The notes beneath the pieces were generated by a model that was not told where the DNA came from, made no database searches, and was given only the letters and a program-made list of their open reading frames with translations. Shown here piece by piece: positions 46,804 to 55,898 of a DNA stretch of 62,452 nt (position 1 is its first letter; each line of letters begins with the position of its first letter). A program made the position numbers and the translations under genes. The stretch covers positions 1 through 62,452 of the IMG/VR virus record IMGVR_UViG_3300033076_000975. The stretch is one strand, 5' to 3'. The DNA comes from a virus (taxonomy: Duplodnaviria; Caudoviricetes).

Positions 46804-47214
46804 TCAATTACGATTGTCGCGGTCGGTGAAGTAGTCTTCAGCGGCCTTGGTGTTGTTCTCCATTCTCAAGAAGGGGAGATGTTCCAGGAGTAGGGCGTCG
46901 TGGGCCTTCTTGAAGGCTTGGTATGCGGCCTCCTTGTCGAAGTCCTTGTTGCTCCTGGCGTACAGTTCCAGGGAGGAGCCGACGTTGGCCTTTAAGAGGA
47001 TGTTGAGGACGCTGAGGTGGAATGTCCCCTCGAACATGAGGGAGAGGCTGGCCAGGTAGCGTTCGTCGATCCCGGGGTGTTCCTCCGGGATCAGGGGGGT
47101 AAAATAGCGGTGGAGGGCCAAGGAGAGGTACTTGGCGGCTTCCTCCAGCTTCTCCATTCCCATGTTGTTGGCGGTGAGTTCAGCGGACAAGGTTCCGAGG
47201 GTTTCACGGTTCAT
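46804..47214 (-). CDS. hypothetical early protein
   Basis: Coupled to the upstream gene; its stop lies within the next promoter's TTGACA. Confidence 0.65.
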   Translation of the reverse strand: MNRETLGTLSAELTANNMGMEKLEEAAKYLSLALHRYFTPLIPEEHPGIDERYLASLSLMFEGTFHLSVLNILLKANVGSSLELYARSNKDFDKEAAYQAFKKAHDALLLEHLPFLRMENNTKAAEDYFTDRDNRN

Positions 47215-47993
47215 GGGGTATCCTTGACGGGTGAGGGGAGCACGCTCAGAAGAAAATCGGAGGCTTCGGTTTCCGGGTCGTCGGTGAGAAAGCCCCCGCA
47301 GGTCTCCAAGGTGGACCAGGAGCCTTTCAGGGAGAAATCAGGGTGTTCCTCACAGACGGGGACAGGGTAGTCTTCGTCGAAGACTTCGGCTTCAAACCAG
47401 TAGCAGTCTCCACGGAGGTACAGGTCGTAGGTATTGACTTCCGCTTCCATGGCCCTGTCGATGAGGGCTTTCAAGCGAAGGTAGGTATTGCCCTCGGGGG
47501 AGGGGACGTTGTTGGCGTCATCCAAGGAGGAGGCTTCCATGTCGTCCATCACCTTGGAGAGGGAAGGAGGATCTCCGTACTCCGTGAGATGGGAAGGCCA
47601 GAGTTCCTTGAGGGCGTTCTCGTAGGAGACGTAGATCCAGCCGACTTGTCCGCTGTCCCACGGGCACCCGAAGGGGCCTAGGGAGATGCGGAGGCCGCTG
47701 TGGTCGTAGAGGAAGAGGGGCCGGATGATCCCGTCTCCGAACTCCTCGAAGATGGTGGCAGGGTCCTTGTATTCGTCGGGCCACTCCCACGTCCTTCGGA
47801 GCTTGGAGGAGTAGTCGGGGGAGGGGTCCCCTAGGTTATAGCGGGAATGCCAACAGAACATCTTGCAGGCGTTGTCCCATTCCGTCCTCGGGTTCTGAGG
47901 GTCGTCGTCACGGTGGATGGTGACTTTATAGAGCTTGCCGTCCGCTTTATGGAAGGCATACGGGTTGCCACTGGAGATAAATTTGAGTTTCAT
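47211..47993 (-). CDS. conserved phage/plasmid hypothetical protein
   Basis: NPRTEWDN...RYNLGD...PLFLYDHSG...CPWDSGQVGWIY...YDLYLRGD...CGGF. Confidence 0.75.
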   Translation of the reverse strand: MKLKFISSGNPYAFHKADGKLYKVTIHRDDDPQNPRTEWDNACKMFCWHSRYNLGDPSPDYSSKLRRTWEWPDEYKDPATIFEEFGDGIIRPLFLYDHSGLRISLGPFGCPWDSGQVGWIYVSYENALKELWPSHLTEYGDPPSLSKVMDDMEASSLDDANNVPSPEGNTYLRLKALIDRAMEAEVNTYDLYLRGDCYWFEAEVFDEDYPVPVCEEHPDFSLKGSWSTLETCGGFLTDDPETEASDFLLSVLPSPVKDTP

Positions 47994-48103
47994 GACTGAC
48001 TCCTAGGAAATGAAATGACAATTCAGGAGAAAAAACGGAGGGGAGCCTTGCCGACTTGCCAGAAGGATTGGCTCCCCTCCGAATCTTAGGGAACATCCCT
48101 AAG

Positions 48104-48634
48104 CTACCTGATGAAGCGTTCGAGCGTCTTGGTGACGTGGGCGGGGATCGCCTGTTTGCCACTCGCAAAAGCCCAGGCGGTGCATAAGGCGGTCAATTCC
48201 TCGGGGCTGATTCTGGCGCATCCGATCTTTAGGCCGTTGGAGTCCAGGGTTCCAACGTTGCCCCCGATGTTAAGGGACAACTCCGCCTTGGGGATTGGCT
48301 CGAATTCGCAGGGGAGGCCACCCGTTCGGATCACAGGGCAATCCTTCCCGATGAAGGAACGACGGCTACTGATATCCGTGTACGATGGGTTGTGCTCCAT
48401 GCGAATCTGAGAGGTTCCATTGAAGCCCCTCTCGAAGATCAGGTGGAAGGCCCAGAGGGGTTTGGTAGGGGGATTTTCGGCGTATTTCGCATCTCCCCGG
48501 ATCTGGGGGTTGCTCTTGAAGAAGGACTCCATGTCGCCGCCTTGGAAGAATCCTTTTTCCTTGCAATACTTCACGAATGCCTCGACTTCGGGGAGGTGGG
48601 CGAACTCGATTACCAATTCAAACTGAACTGCCAT
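48104..48634 (-). CDS. hypothetical early protein (paralog of 50368-51084)
   Basis: Cassette leader; shares EKGFF and NGLxxGCxxI motifs. Confidence 0.7.
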   Translation of the reverse strand: MAVQFELVIEFAHLPEVEAFVKYCKEKGFFQGGDMESFFKSNPQIRGDAKYAENPPTKPLWAFHLIFERGFNGTSQIRMEHNPSYTDISSRRSFIGKDCPVIRTGGLPCEFEPIPKAELSLNIGGNVGTLDSNGLKIGCARISPEELTALCTAWAFASGKQAIPAHVTKTLERFIR

Positions 48635-48844
48635 GACTCTGACTCCTTAAGGGGAACACAGGGAAAGTGAAAAGGGGAAGGAACAGACCTTCCCCCAGCT
48701 TCGGTATTATCCCATATTAGGGATGGTATTGTCAAGCCGGGAAGGTGGCGTCGAAGTCTCCGAAGGGAGTCCCTAGGGCGGCCTTCAAGGCTTCGATCAT
48801 GGGTTCCGGGTCGTTGAAACGGACCAGGGTTTTTCTGGCGAATG

Positions 48845-49477
48845 CTAGAAATCGACGCGGGTTAAGGCGATGGAGAAGAGGTAGAGGCCCTCGTCATCCA
48901 CGGGGTTGCCGTTGCCGTCGTAGCAGCAGCGGAGGGATACCTTGTTCCAGAGGCGTTCGCAAGGCGGGTCCGGGTCTTTCTGGTCCCGGAGGGATGGGTC
49001 CTTGGATTCCGCGAGGAGGCGATAGAAGACTTCCTTCGCGGTTTCCAGGGAGCCGTCTTCCTTGGGTTTCGCATGGACGTTCAACCAGACTTCCCCGTCT
49101 TCGATGTAGTCGAAGAGTTCGTGTTCCTCGATCTTGCACCCTCCGTGTTCACTGACGTGATCGAGGGCATATTCATAGGCTTCCTCCAGACTATCCGCCT
49201 GGACGACGTACAAAGGCGGGGAGAAGCAATCCTCCACGTAAAAGAGGTAGAAGACGCTCCCACTGTCGTCACCTTCCGCGAGTTCGAGGACGTTGAGGGG
49301 TTCTTGAGCGTTCCGCAGGAATTCGGTCCAGGGGGGATACCCTTGGGAATTCTGGTTTTTTCTCCACTTCTTCAGGGCCTCATCGTAGGCGAGATCCAAG
49401 ACGAGTGGCTCGTGGAAACGGTTGTTGGTGAACCAGAAGCGGGTGGGTTGTTGCTTCAGGTAATCGAGAGAGGGCAT
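48845..49477 (-). CDS. hypothetical early protein
   Basis: AAGGAGTCTCCCATG start; VVQADSLEEAYE. Confidence 0.7.
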   Translation of the reverse strand: MPSLDYLKQQPTRFWFTNNRFHEPLVLDLAYDEALKKWRKNQNSQGYPPWTEFLRNAQEPLNVLELAEGDDSGSVFYLFYVEDCFSPPLYVVQADSLEEAYEYALDHVSEHGGCKIEEHELFDYIEDGEVWLNVHAKPKEDGSLETAKEVFYRLLAESKDPSLRDQKDPDPPCERLWNKVSLRCCYDGNGNPVDDEGLYLFSIALTRVDF

Positions 49478-49487
49478 GGGAGACTCC

Positions 49488-49760
49488 TTAGAAGGTGATG
49501 GTGGTCCCGGGGGGGACGGCGGTAACAGTCTCTTTCGAGAAGAGGTCATCCAGGTCTTCGTAGTGATTGTGGCTACAGATGTTCTCGTCGTCTTCATCAA
49601 AGAAGTAGACGGTGATCCCTTCGTCATTCATCTCCGTGATAACGCCGATGGCGTCGTTGGGGAGCGTCTGGTAGCTGTACGCGGGTTTGCGGGTGAAACG
49701 GTAGACATGTCCAACTTTGATGATGGCTTGCGGGGAAGAACTTGTGAGCTTCGTTTTCAT
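49488..49760 (-). CDS. hypothetical early protein
   Basis: AAGGAGTCTCCCATG start. Confidence 0.65.
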   Translation of the reverse strand: MKTKLTSSSPQAIIKVGHVYRFTRKPAYSYQTLPNDAIGVITEMNDEGITVYFFDEDDENICSHNHYEDLDDLFSKETVTAVPPGTTITF

Positions 49761-49792
49761 GGGAGACTCCTTGGATTTGTTCGCCAGAAAAA

Positions 49793-50278
49793 TTAGGGGT
49801 TTGACGGATCGGGGTGGGAGGTCTCGTAGAGGGAGGCTTCCCATTCGTTGAGGGGTATGGCGATATCGTCGATGGTGATGACCGCTTCCTGGGTCTCGTA
49901 GTCGAAGTGGTAGGAGGAGTTGCCGTACTTCTTCTCGGCCTTGGCGCATTCGCGGTGGATACGCCGGGTCCCCCCGTCCGAGACCTTGAAAGTCATGCCA
50001 AAGGGGCCGGTTCTACGGACAGCCACCCGGAAGCGTTTCACTTCCTTCTGGGTGACTACCAGGATCTCGGAAGGGTCGGTGATATGGCGGGAGGGCTCGT
50101 TGGAGCATTGCCAGTTCGGCTTGGTGACTCGGTTGCCGTTGGCGTCGATATAGGGCGTGGACCAGGAAGCCCCGGGATTACTAAAGTTGATGGATTCCCA
50201 GACGAGGATTCCGCCTCGCTTGGTGACCCACTCCAGGAATTTGGGGGCATTCTCAACGGTGATGGTGTGCTTTTCCAT
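49793..50278 (-). CDS. hypothetical early protein
   Basis: Cassette promoter and AAGGAGTCAGTCATG start. Confidence 0.7.
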   Translation of the reverse strand: MEKHTITVENAPKFLEWVTKRGGILVWESINFSNPGASWSTPYIDANGNRVTKPNWQCSNEPSRHITDPSEILVVTQKEVKRFRVAVRRTGPFGMTFKVSDGGTRRIHRECAKAEKKYGNSSYHFDYETQEAVITIDDIAIPLNEWEASLYETSHPDPSNP

Positions 50279-50367
50279 GACTGACTCCTTAGATGGAACG
50301 TAAATGCAAGAAGCCGGGGGAGACGTTCCCCCAGCTTCGGTATTATCACATATTGGACAGAGTATTG

Positions 50368-51084
50368 TCAACTGATTCTACGCATCAGATCCCTTTCGGT
50401 GGTTTTGTGGCTGTACTCCGTTCCTTGGCGAGTGACGGAATAGACCCCGGTTCCATCTTGGTATCTTACGTTATAGGGGTAGTTATCATGGCCGTCATCT
50501 TCGTAGATTCGGACCTGCTTTCCTTCACGGTTCTCGTAGATCCCCCCTACTTCCAGGACGAGGCCGGGGACGTGGGTGGTTACTTCCTCTTCCTCTTCCT
50601 CTTCCTCTTCCTCTTCCTCTTCCTCTTCCTCTTCCTCTTGCTTGAAGCGTTCGGTGAGGATCTTGATGGTATCCTCGTCGGGCTTCTTGCCTTCCGCCAT
50701 GGCCTTGGAGGCGGCGACGAGGGCTTCCATCTGTTCCAAGGTGATCTTCTGGCACCCTACCATCAGGCCGTTGTTGTCAACGACCATATCGTACCCGAGG
50801 ATGGGGAGGATGATCGGGTCCGGGAGTTCCGGGAGGAAGCTCTCTACTTCCGTGGTGTACACAATGGGGGTGTCGTCTTTCTTGTGACTGTTGTGATAAT
50901 CGGTATTGTGTCCAACGTCACTGATGATGAGGCGGATACCATGTTTCCTATATTGGTTGTACCAGGAATGATTCTTGGGTCCGGTTTTGTCCTCCCCGAA
51001 GAACCCCTTCTCGACAAGGTACCGGAACAGGGCGTGAGTGGCCTTGCTGTCCCCACATTGAATGACGATTTCGCCGGTTGCCAT
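50368..51084 (-). CDS. two-domain early protein with poly-Glu linker
   Basis: Cassette leader; (GAGGAA)n encodes an ~18-Glu run. Confidence 0.7.
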   Translation of the reverse strand: MATGEIVIQCGDSKATHALFRYLVEKGFFGEDKTGPKNHSWYNQYRKHGIRLIISDVGHNTDYHNSHKKDDTPIVYTTEVESFLPELPDPIILPILGYDMVVDNNGLMVGCQKITLEQMEALVAASKAMAEGKKPDEDTIKILTERFKQEEEEEEEEEEEEEEEEEEVTTHVPGLVLEVGGIYENREGKQVRIYEDDGHDNYPYNVRYQDGTGVYSVTRQGTEYSHKTTERDLMRRIS

Positions 51085-51164
51085 GACTGACTCCTTAAAC
51101 AAGTGACGATTCAGAGGGAACATCCCTCAGCTTTCGGTATTATCTCATATCGAACAGTGTATTG

Positions 51165-51755
51165 TCAAATGCCTTCCTCATTGCCGATCTGTTCCCACCA
51201 AGGTGGTTGATCCGGTTTGTTGTCGATGAGGAAATCAGCGAGGTGCATCTCCTCATAGCGGATTTGTCGAGGACTGTTCGGGAGGTAGTCCACGTCCTGT
51301 CGATTCCCCATTCTCAGGGGATGATTCTCGGAGGAGATGTGACGGTCGTGGACTTGTAAGTCCTTGATGCACTCGAAACATAAATGGGTGTAGTAAGGGA
51401 GGAGAGGCCAGCGACGGGCCTGCTCCAAGGTCCAGTCTTCCTTGATGGCTGGCTTGCCACAGCGGCAAAGGCCCCGGGTTTTCAAGTCCGGGTATAAGGT
51501 CTTGTAGGCGTACCCGTTTCGTCCGAGGGAATTGATCCCGGATTTGCCATAGAGGACTCTGGACTTCTCGTAATAGTGGCAGGCCCTCCAGCGTTCCGCC
51601 TTCTCCGTTTCCGTCCACCCTTGCTGGAAACGGATGCACATCTCCTCGATCTCCTCGGGGGAGGGATCGTCCCGTTGCCTCTCATAGACATGCTGGCGGA
51701 GACGGGCTAATTCCTCCACCGTCTTTCGGTAGGCCAAGGTTCCTCGTTTGGCCAT
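51165..51755 (-). CDS. hypothetical protein with Zn-binding motif
   Basis: DPSPEEIEEMC..FQ.GWTE.E..ER; CRCG...CFEC. Confidence 0.65.
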   Translation of the reverse strand: MAKRGTLAYRKTVEELARLRQHVYERQRDDPSPEEIEEMCIRFQQGWTETEKAERWRACHYYEKSRVLYGKSGINSLGRNGYAYKTLYPDLKTRGLCRCGKPAIKEDWTLEQARRWPLLPYYTHLCFECIKDLQVHDRHISSENHPLRMGNRQDVDYLPNSPRQIRYEEMHLADFLIDNKPDQPPWWEQIGNEEGI

Positions 51756-51756
51756 G

Positions 51757-52179
51757 CTATTTCCCCTTGGTTTTTCTGGCGAATGCTGTCCAGGCTCGTC
51801 GGAAGGCTTTGAAGGAGACCTTAGCGAACATGGCCTGAGTCTTGCGGCGGATCTTCTCGTTACAGGAGAGACAGTAGAACAGGCCGCAGAACTCCTTGCG
51901 TTTTTCCTTGTCGAAGAGGACGGTGAGCTTCGAGGTGCCTTCGATGGGTTCGCCTTTGTCGTCGCGTTCGGGGACGCGGCAGAGGCAACAGGTGGGGTAC
52001 TCTCCATAGTGGTAGCCGACGATGGCTCCACTGGTGGAGAGCTTAATCCTTTGCTTGACTTCCTCTTCCCGTTCGTGAAAGGTCTTTACTTCCGTGTTAT
52101 ATCCACGTGCTCCGTAGCTACCGGGGACGTAGACACTCCAGGTGGCGACGTAGCCTTTGACGGTGGCTGGGATGGTCAT
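51757..52179 (-). CDS. hypothetical protein with Zn-binding motif
   Basis: CCLC...CLSC; follows the helicase. Confidence 0.65.
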   Translation of the reverse strand: MTIPATVKGYVATWSVYVPGSYGARGYNTEVKTFHEREEEVKQRIKLSTSGAIVGYHYGEYPTCCLCRVPERDDKGEPIEGTSKLTVLFDKEKRKEFCGLFYCLSCNEKIRRKTQAMFAKVSFKAFRRAWTAFARKTKGK

Positions 52180-52181
52180 GA

Positions 52182-53837
52182 CTAGGTTCCTTTCGGGGTG
52201 ACGGTGAAGATCAAGTCGGATTTGGAACGGGTCCAGGCGACGTACTGGAGGTTGCGTTCCTGGTCCAGTTCCCAAGGCTGGGGGTTCTTCATGACGAGGG
52301 GCATCTTCTCGGGGCACAGGATGTAGACCCGTTCCGCCTCCAGGCCCTTCGCCCGATGGACGGAGGAAAGGAGGATGGTGGAGGAACGGTCGGCGTTGTC
52401 CTGGAAGATCACGTTGATCCGATTCTCCAAGTCCTGGATGGACTGGCAGGACATGGCCAAGTGATTGACGCAATCGTACTTGTCGTTGATCGCCTGGAGC
52501 TTGGAATCCGAGGGATACTTCGAGGAGAGGACTTTGCGTTCCTCCTCCCCTCGGGCGTCTTCGGCCCAGACGATGAGTTCCTGGATCGAGGAAGCCTTGG
52601 ATTTGCGAACCAGGGAGAGGATGCCTTGGCCAATGTCCCGGCCCTGGATGTTGGCTCGCTTCCCCTCGCGGATGAAGCGATAGACCATTTGCACCAAGGG
52701 AGCGTTGACCCGGCAAAGGATCATATCCCCGGGGCGGCAGGCGAACTCCGAGGACGGGTCGCTGGAGGAACCGAGGCCGAGCATCGTATCCCAGGTAATC
52801 CCACGAGTGATGCGACCTTCGGGGGCTTCGGGGAGGGCCTGGAAGTCGGGGACGATGGATTGGGCCAAGGCGACCACCGCCTTCGGGCAGCGGCGGGTCT
52901 CCATGAGGCGGAGGGAACGGATGCCGCGTTCGCTGGATTCCATCCAGGAGTCCATTAAGCCAAAGGCTTCGGCGGAGGCCCCACTGAAGCCGTAGATGGC
53001 CTGGTTCACGTCCCCGATCCCCGCCATGCGTTCACAGGCCCGCTTCAGGAGGGCGAGTTGGCAGAGGTTGAGGTCCTGGCGTTCGTCCACGAACAGAAGA
53101 TCGAACTGGTCGAGGGGGAGGCCCCGGACCACCGGGAGCCAGATCATATCGTCGAAGTTGATCTTGCTTAAGTCGGAGGCGCAACGGCGGAGGATCTGCG
53201 GGAGGGTGGAGTATACGGTCCGCTCCTTCCCGTTGAGATCCAGGCCGTAGTGGGCGACGAGGGAATCCAAGTCCGAGTGGCAGAGATCCTCCGGGAAAAG
53301 GGACCCGGGGTCCTTCGGGTCCTGGTCTTCCCGCCAGCCAACCAAGTTCATCCGGGAGAGGGAGGTGACCTTTTCCAGGAGGCGGATGGTATCCCAGTCC
53401 TTCTTGGGGTCGAAGCCCAAGTCCTCGCAGATATCCTTGATCCGGTATTCCGCCTTGACGTTGACGCGGGGGAGGAAGCGACGGACGGCGGAGAAGCCGA
53501 GGGAATGGTTGGTGCAACCGGGGAGGTTCCGGTTGTTGAACTCGGTGGCGATGGACTTGTTGAAGCAGACGAATTGGACGGAAGCCGTGGGAGGGGTGCC
53601 CACGAAGCAGTCCATGATCGCCTCTTGGGCAACCGAGGGGGTGAAGGGGATCTTCTGGCCTAGGACTCGGGAACGGTAAGCCCATTCCACGGTGGTCGTC
53701 TTGCCGCACCCCGCCCCTGCGTTCACGGAGACGTGCTCCCCGGGTGTTTCCGCCAAGATTGGGCGGGAGCGTGCTTTCTTGGTTGAGGTTGGAGTGGACT
53801 TTATGGACTTCGCGGCTTTCGGGACGTTGAACTTCAT
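52182..53837 (-). CDS. SF1 UvrD/Rep-like helicase
   Basis: AGAGCGKTTT, FNKSIA, TNHSLG, VDERQDLN, GDVNQAIYGFSGA, RRCP, SVHRAKGLE, YVAWTRSK. Confidence 0.9.
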   Translation of the reverse strand: MKFNVPKAAKSIKSTPTSTKKARSRPILAETPGEHVSVNAGAGCGKTTTVEWAYRSRVLGQKIPFTPSVAQEAIMDCFVGTPPTASVQFVCFNKSIATEFNNRNLPGCTNHSLGFSAVRRFLPRVNVKAEYRIKDICEDLGFDPKKDWDTIRLLEKVTSLSRMNLVGWREDQDPKDPGSLFPEDLCHSDLDSLVAHYGLDLNGKERTVYSTLPQILRRCASDLSKINFDDMIWLPVVRGLPLDQFDLLFVDERQDLNLCQLALLKRACERMAGIGDVNQAIYGFSGASAEAFGLMDSWMESSERGIRSLRLMETRRCPKAVVALAQSIVPDFQALPEAPEGRITRGITWDTMLGLGSSSDPSSEFACRPGDMILCRVNAPLVQMVYRFIREGKRANIQGRDIGQGILSLVRKSKASSIQELIVWAEDARGEEERKVLSSKYPSDSKLQAINDKYDCVNHLAMSCQSIQDLENRINVIFQDNADRSSTILLSSVHRAKGLEAERVYILCPEKMPLVMKNPQPWELDQERNLQYVAWTRSKSDLIFTVTPKGT

Positions 53838-53983
53838 GACTGACTCCTTAAATGGAACGTAGTGACAGTTCAGGAGTAAGACTCCTCGGCAAGAACAGGT
53901 AACCAAAACAGTGAAAGCCCCGGAGAACTTCCCCGAGGCTTCCAATAATGTAACATCCTAACTAGGACCTTGTCAAGGTACTA

Positions 53984-54343
53984 TCAGGTTCCTTCGTCAC
54001 AACTGGCTTCGGCGACGGGGATACCCTCCGGTTCCTGGTTTTTTCTGGCGGATGCTGCTTTGGCCTTTTCGTACTCCCAGGTCTGGAAAGCCCGGACATA
54101 GGCTTGGACTTCGTCGTGGCCGGTGGCGGAGCGGAATCGGGAGGAGTCAAAGTTCTGACCGTGTTCGATGGCGAAGTCGTAGAGGCTGGAGTACCAGTTC
54201 AGCCAGGACAGGCAGGATTGGTAGATGGCTTTCGACTTGGAGCCAAGGTAAAAGGTCTTGCCGTCCACCTTGTAGGGGATAGGGGGCTTCGAGTTGCGGA
54301 GGATTTCCGCCAAGGCTTCGTAGTGTTTCCGGGAGAGGGACAT
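53984..54343 (-). CDS. hypothetical early protein
   Basis: SRKHYEALAEIL...NFDSSRFRSA pattern; cassette promoter and leader. Confidence 0.7.
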   Translation of the reverse strand: MSLSRKHYEALAEILRNSKPPIPYKVDGKTFYLGSKSKAIYQSCLSWLNWYSSLYDFAIEHGQNFDSSRFRSATGHDEVQAYVRAFQTWEYEKAKAASARKNQEPEGIPVAEASCDEGT

Positions 54344-54653
54344 GGGAGACTCCTTAAATGAGGGACGAAAGTTCAGGAGCGGATGCTCCTTAGGGTAGGG
54401 AAAGGTCCCGAGGGAAATCCTCAGGTTCCAATAGTGTAACATCCTAAGTAGTGTATTGTCAAATGGGATGGGAAGGGAGCATTCGCCAGAAAAATGGCGT
54501 CCAGAGGTGGCCTCGGTGAGGGGGGAGAGGGGATAGAAGTCGGCGTAAGGCCGAGGGGAGAACGCTGCTTGATCGCTCAAGCTGAGGATCAGGTTGACGA
54601 TCCAGGGAGGGGTAGACCCTGACCGTGATCGCTCAAGCTGAGGAGGGAGCCTT

Positions 54654-55880
54654 CTACTTCTTCCGGCCTTTCCCCTTGAAGGACTTCGGGACCGGGGTGG
54701 GCTCCGGGTTCACTCGATACCCCTCCTTAGGGCGGGGGAGCTTGGGGATCTTGTGCGTGCCCGTTGCTTTGCCGTTGCCTTGCCGTGTACCCGTTGCCTT
54801 GCCGTGTACCCGTTGTGTTGCCACCCCCTGTGGAGGGGTTTTGTTAAGCTGGGTAATCCCGCGTTTAAGGGCCTCCAGTGACCGCTGGAAGCGTTCGGAG
54901 GCACTAAGGGTATCCGAGGAGGGGGGAGGGGGTGAAAGTCCTGGGGATGAAGGCCCAGGAATTGTGGGAAGGGATGGGGAGGGAGGGGGGACGGTGGTGG
55001 GGAGCTTCGGGACGGGAGGGTTCCCGGGGGTAGCTTCGGCAGGGAGGCGGGCGATCCCCGGGTAGTCGGGTAGGAGCCCCGAGGGGATGTTTGGGTTGGC
55101 GGTCTTCCAGTGCCCGTTCTCGGCGTAGTTGGTGCCCACGTTGTCCACCTCCACGTCCATGGTCTCGTCGTCGTAGTCCACCTCCCCGTCCGGGTTCTCG
55201 GGGTTGCCTTCGCCGACGATGACTCGCCCGGGGACGTCGATGACTTGCTGGTCCTGGGCGAGGAGGTTCAAGTCCATCCCCGCGTCCACGAGGACCTTCA
55301 TGGCTTCCTGGAGGGCGGCGGCGGGGATCGCGGCGGAACCTTGGTTGATCTGGACGTTGAAGGAGCCGAAGCCCGCCCCGGAGTTCCCGGGGGCGTTGTC
55401 GGACCATTCCGGGGAGATGAAGCGGCCCGGGCCTCGTTCGAGCCAGACCAGGGGGGAGGACTTCTTGACGTCGGCTTCCGCGAACGCGGTGGCTTCCCCG
55501 ATGGCGTTCACCACTTCCTTGAAGAAGCGGCGGTAGGGTCCCTTCGGGGCGGTCTCCCCGCGTTTCATCCAGCGGGTGACGGTCTCGGGCATGAGCTTCA
55601 CGGCGGAAGCGGCGGAAGCCCAGGAGGCTCCGACCCGGAGGAAGTCCAGGAATTTCTCCATGCGAACCCGGTCGGTGAGAAGGTCGATGACGGTGGTCCG
55701 CTTCCGGGGGAGCATGAGCTTGTGGAACTCGGACCCCGCCATCTTCTCCTCGGCCTGGGAACGGGATTTCGGGTGCTCCGGGATTTCGAGGGCGGAATCC
55801 GGGAGATCCTCGGTGACGGAGGCGTAGCCTTTGGAGAGGGCCTTATGGCCCTTGGAGGTTTTAGGGAGAGTGCGGGCCAT
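54654..55880 (-). CDS. HTH protein, possible terminase small subunit, with long disordered tail
   Basis: LRVGASWASAASAVKL.PETVTRWMKRG...YRRFFKEV..A.GEA...WLER resembles TerS-like HTH proteins; acidic then Pro/Lys-rich C-terminus. Confidence 0.55.
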   Translation of the reverse strand: MARTLPKTSKGHKALSKGYASVTEDLPDSALEIPEHPKSRSQAEEKMAGSEFHKLMLPRKRTTVIDLLTDRVRMEKFLDFLRVGASWASAASAVKLMPETVTRWMKRGETAPKGPYRRFFKEVVNAIGEATAFAEADVKKSSPLVWLERGPGRFISPEWSDNAPGNSGAGFGSFNVQINQGSAAIPAAALQEAMKVLVDAGMDLNLLAQDQQVIDVPGRVIVGEGNPENPDGEVDYDDETMDVEVDNVGTNYAENGHWKTANPNIPSGLLPDYPGIARLPAEATPGNPPVPKLPTTVPPPSPSLPTIPGPSSPGLSPPPPSSDTLSASERFQRSLEALKRGITQLNKTPPQGVATQRVHGKATGTRQGNGKATGTHKIPKLPRPKEGYRVNPEPTPVPKSFKGKGRKK

Positions 55881-55898
55881 GGTTTTTTCTGGCGAATG

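Larger units (their letters stand above)
43738..54462 (-). promoter_or_regulatory. sigma70-type promoters with 18-bp spacer (early cassette region)
   Basis: TTGACA-N18-(GATAAT/TACATT/TACACT/TAAGAT) at 43738-43767, 45308-45337, 46778-46807, 48706-48735, 50342-50371, 51139-51168, 53947-53976, 54433-54462. Confidence 0.85.
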
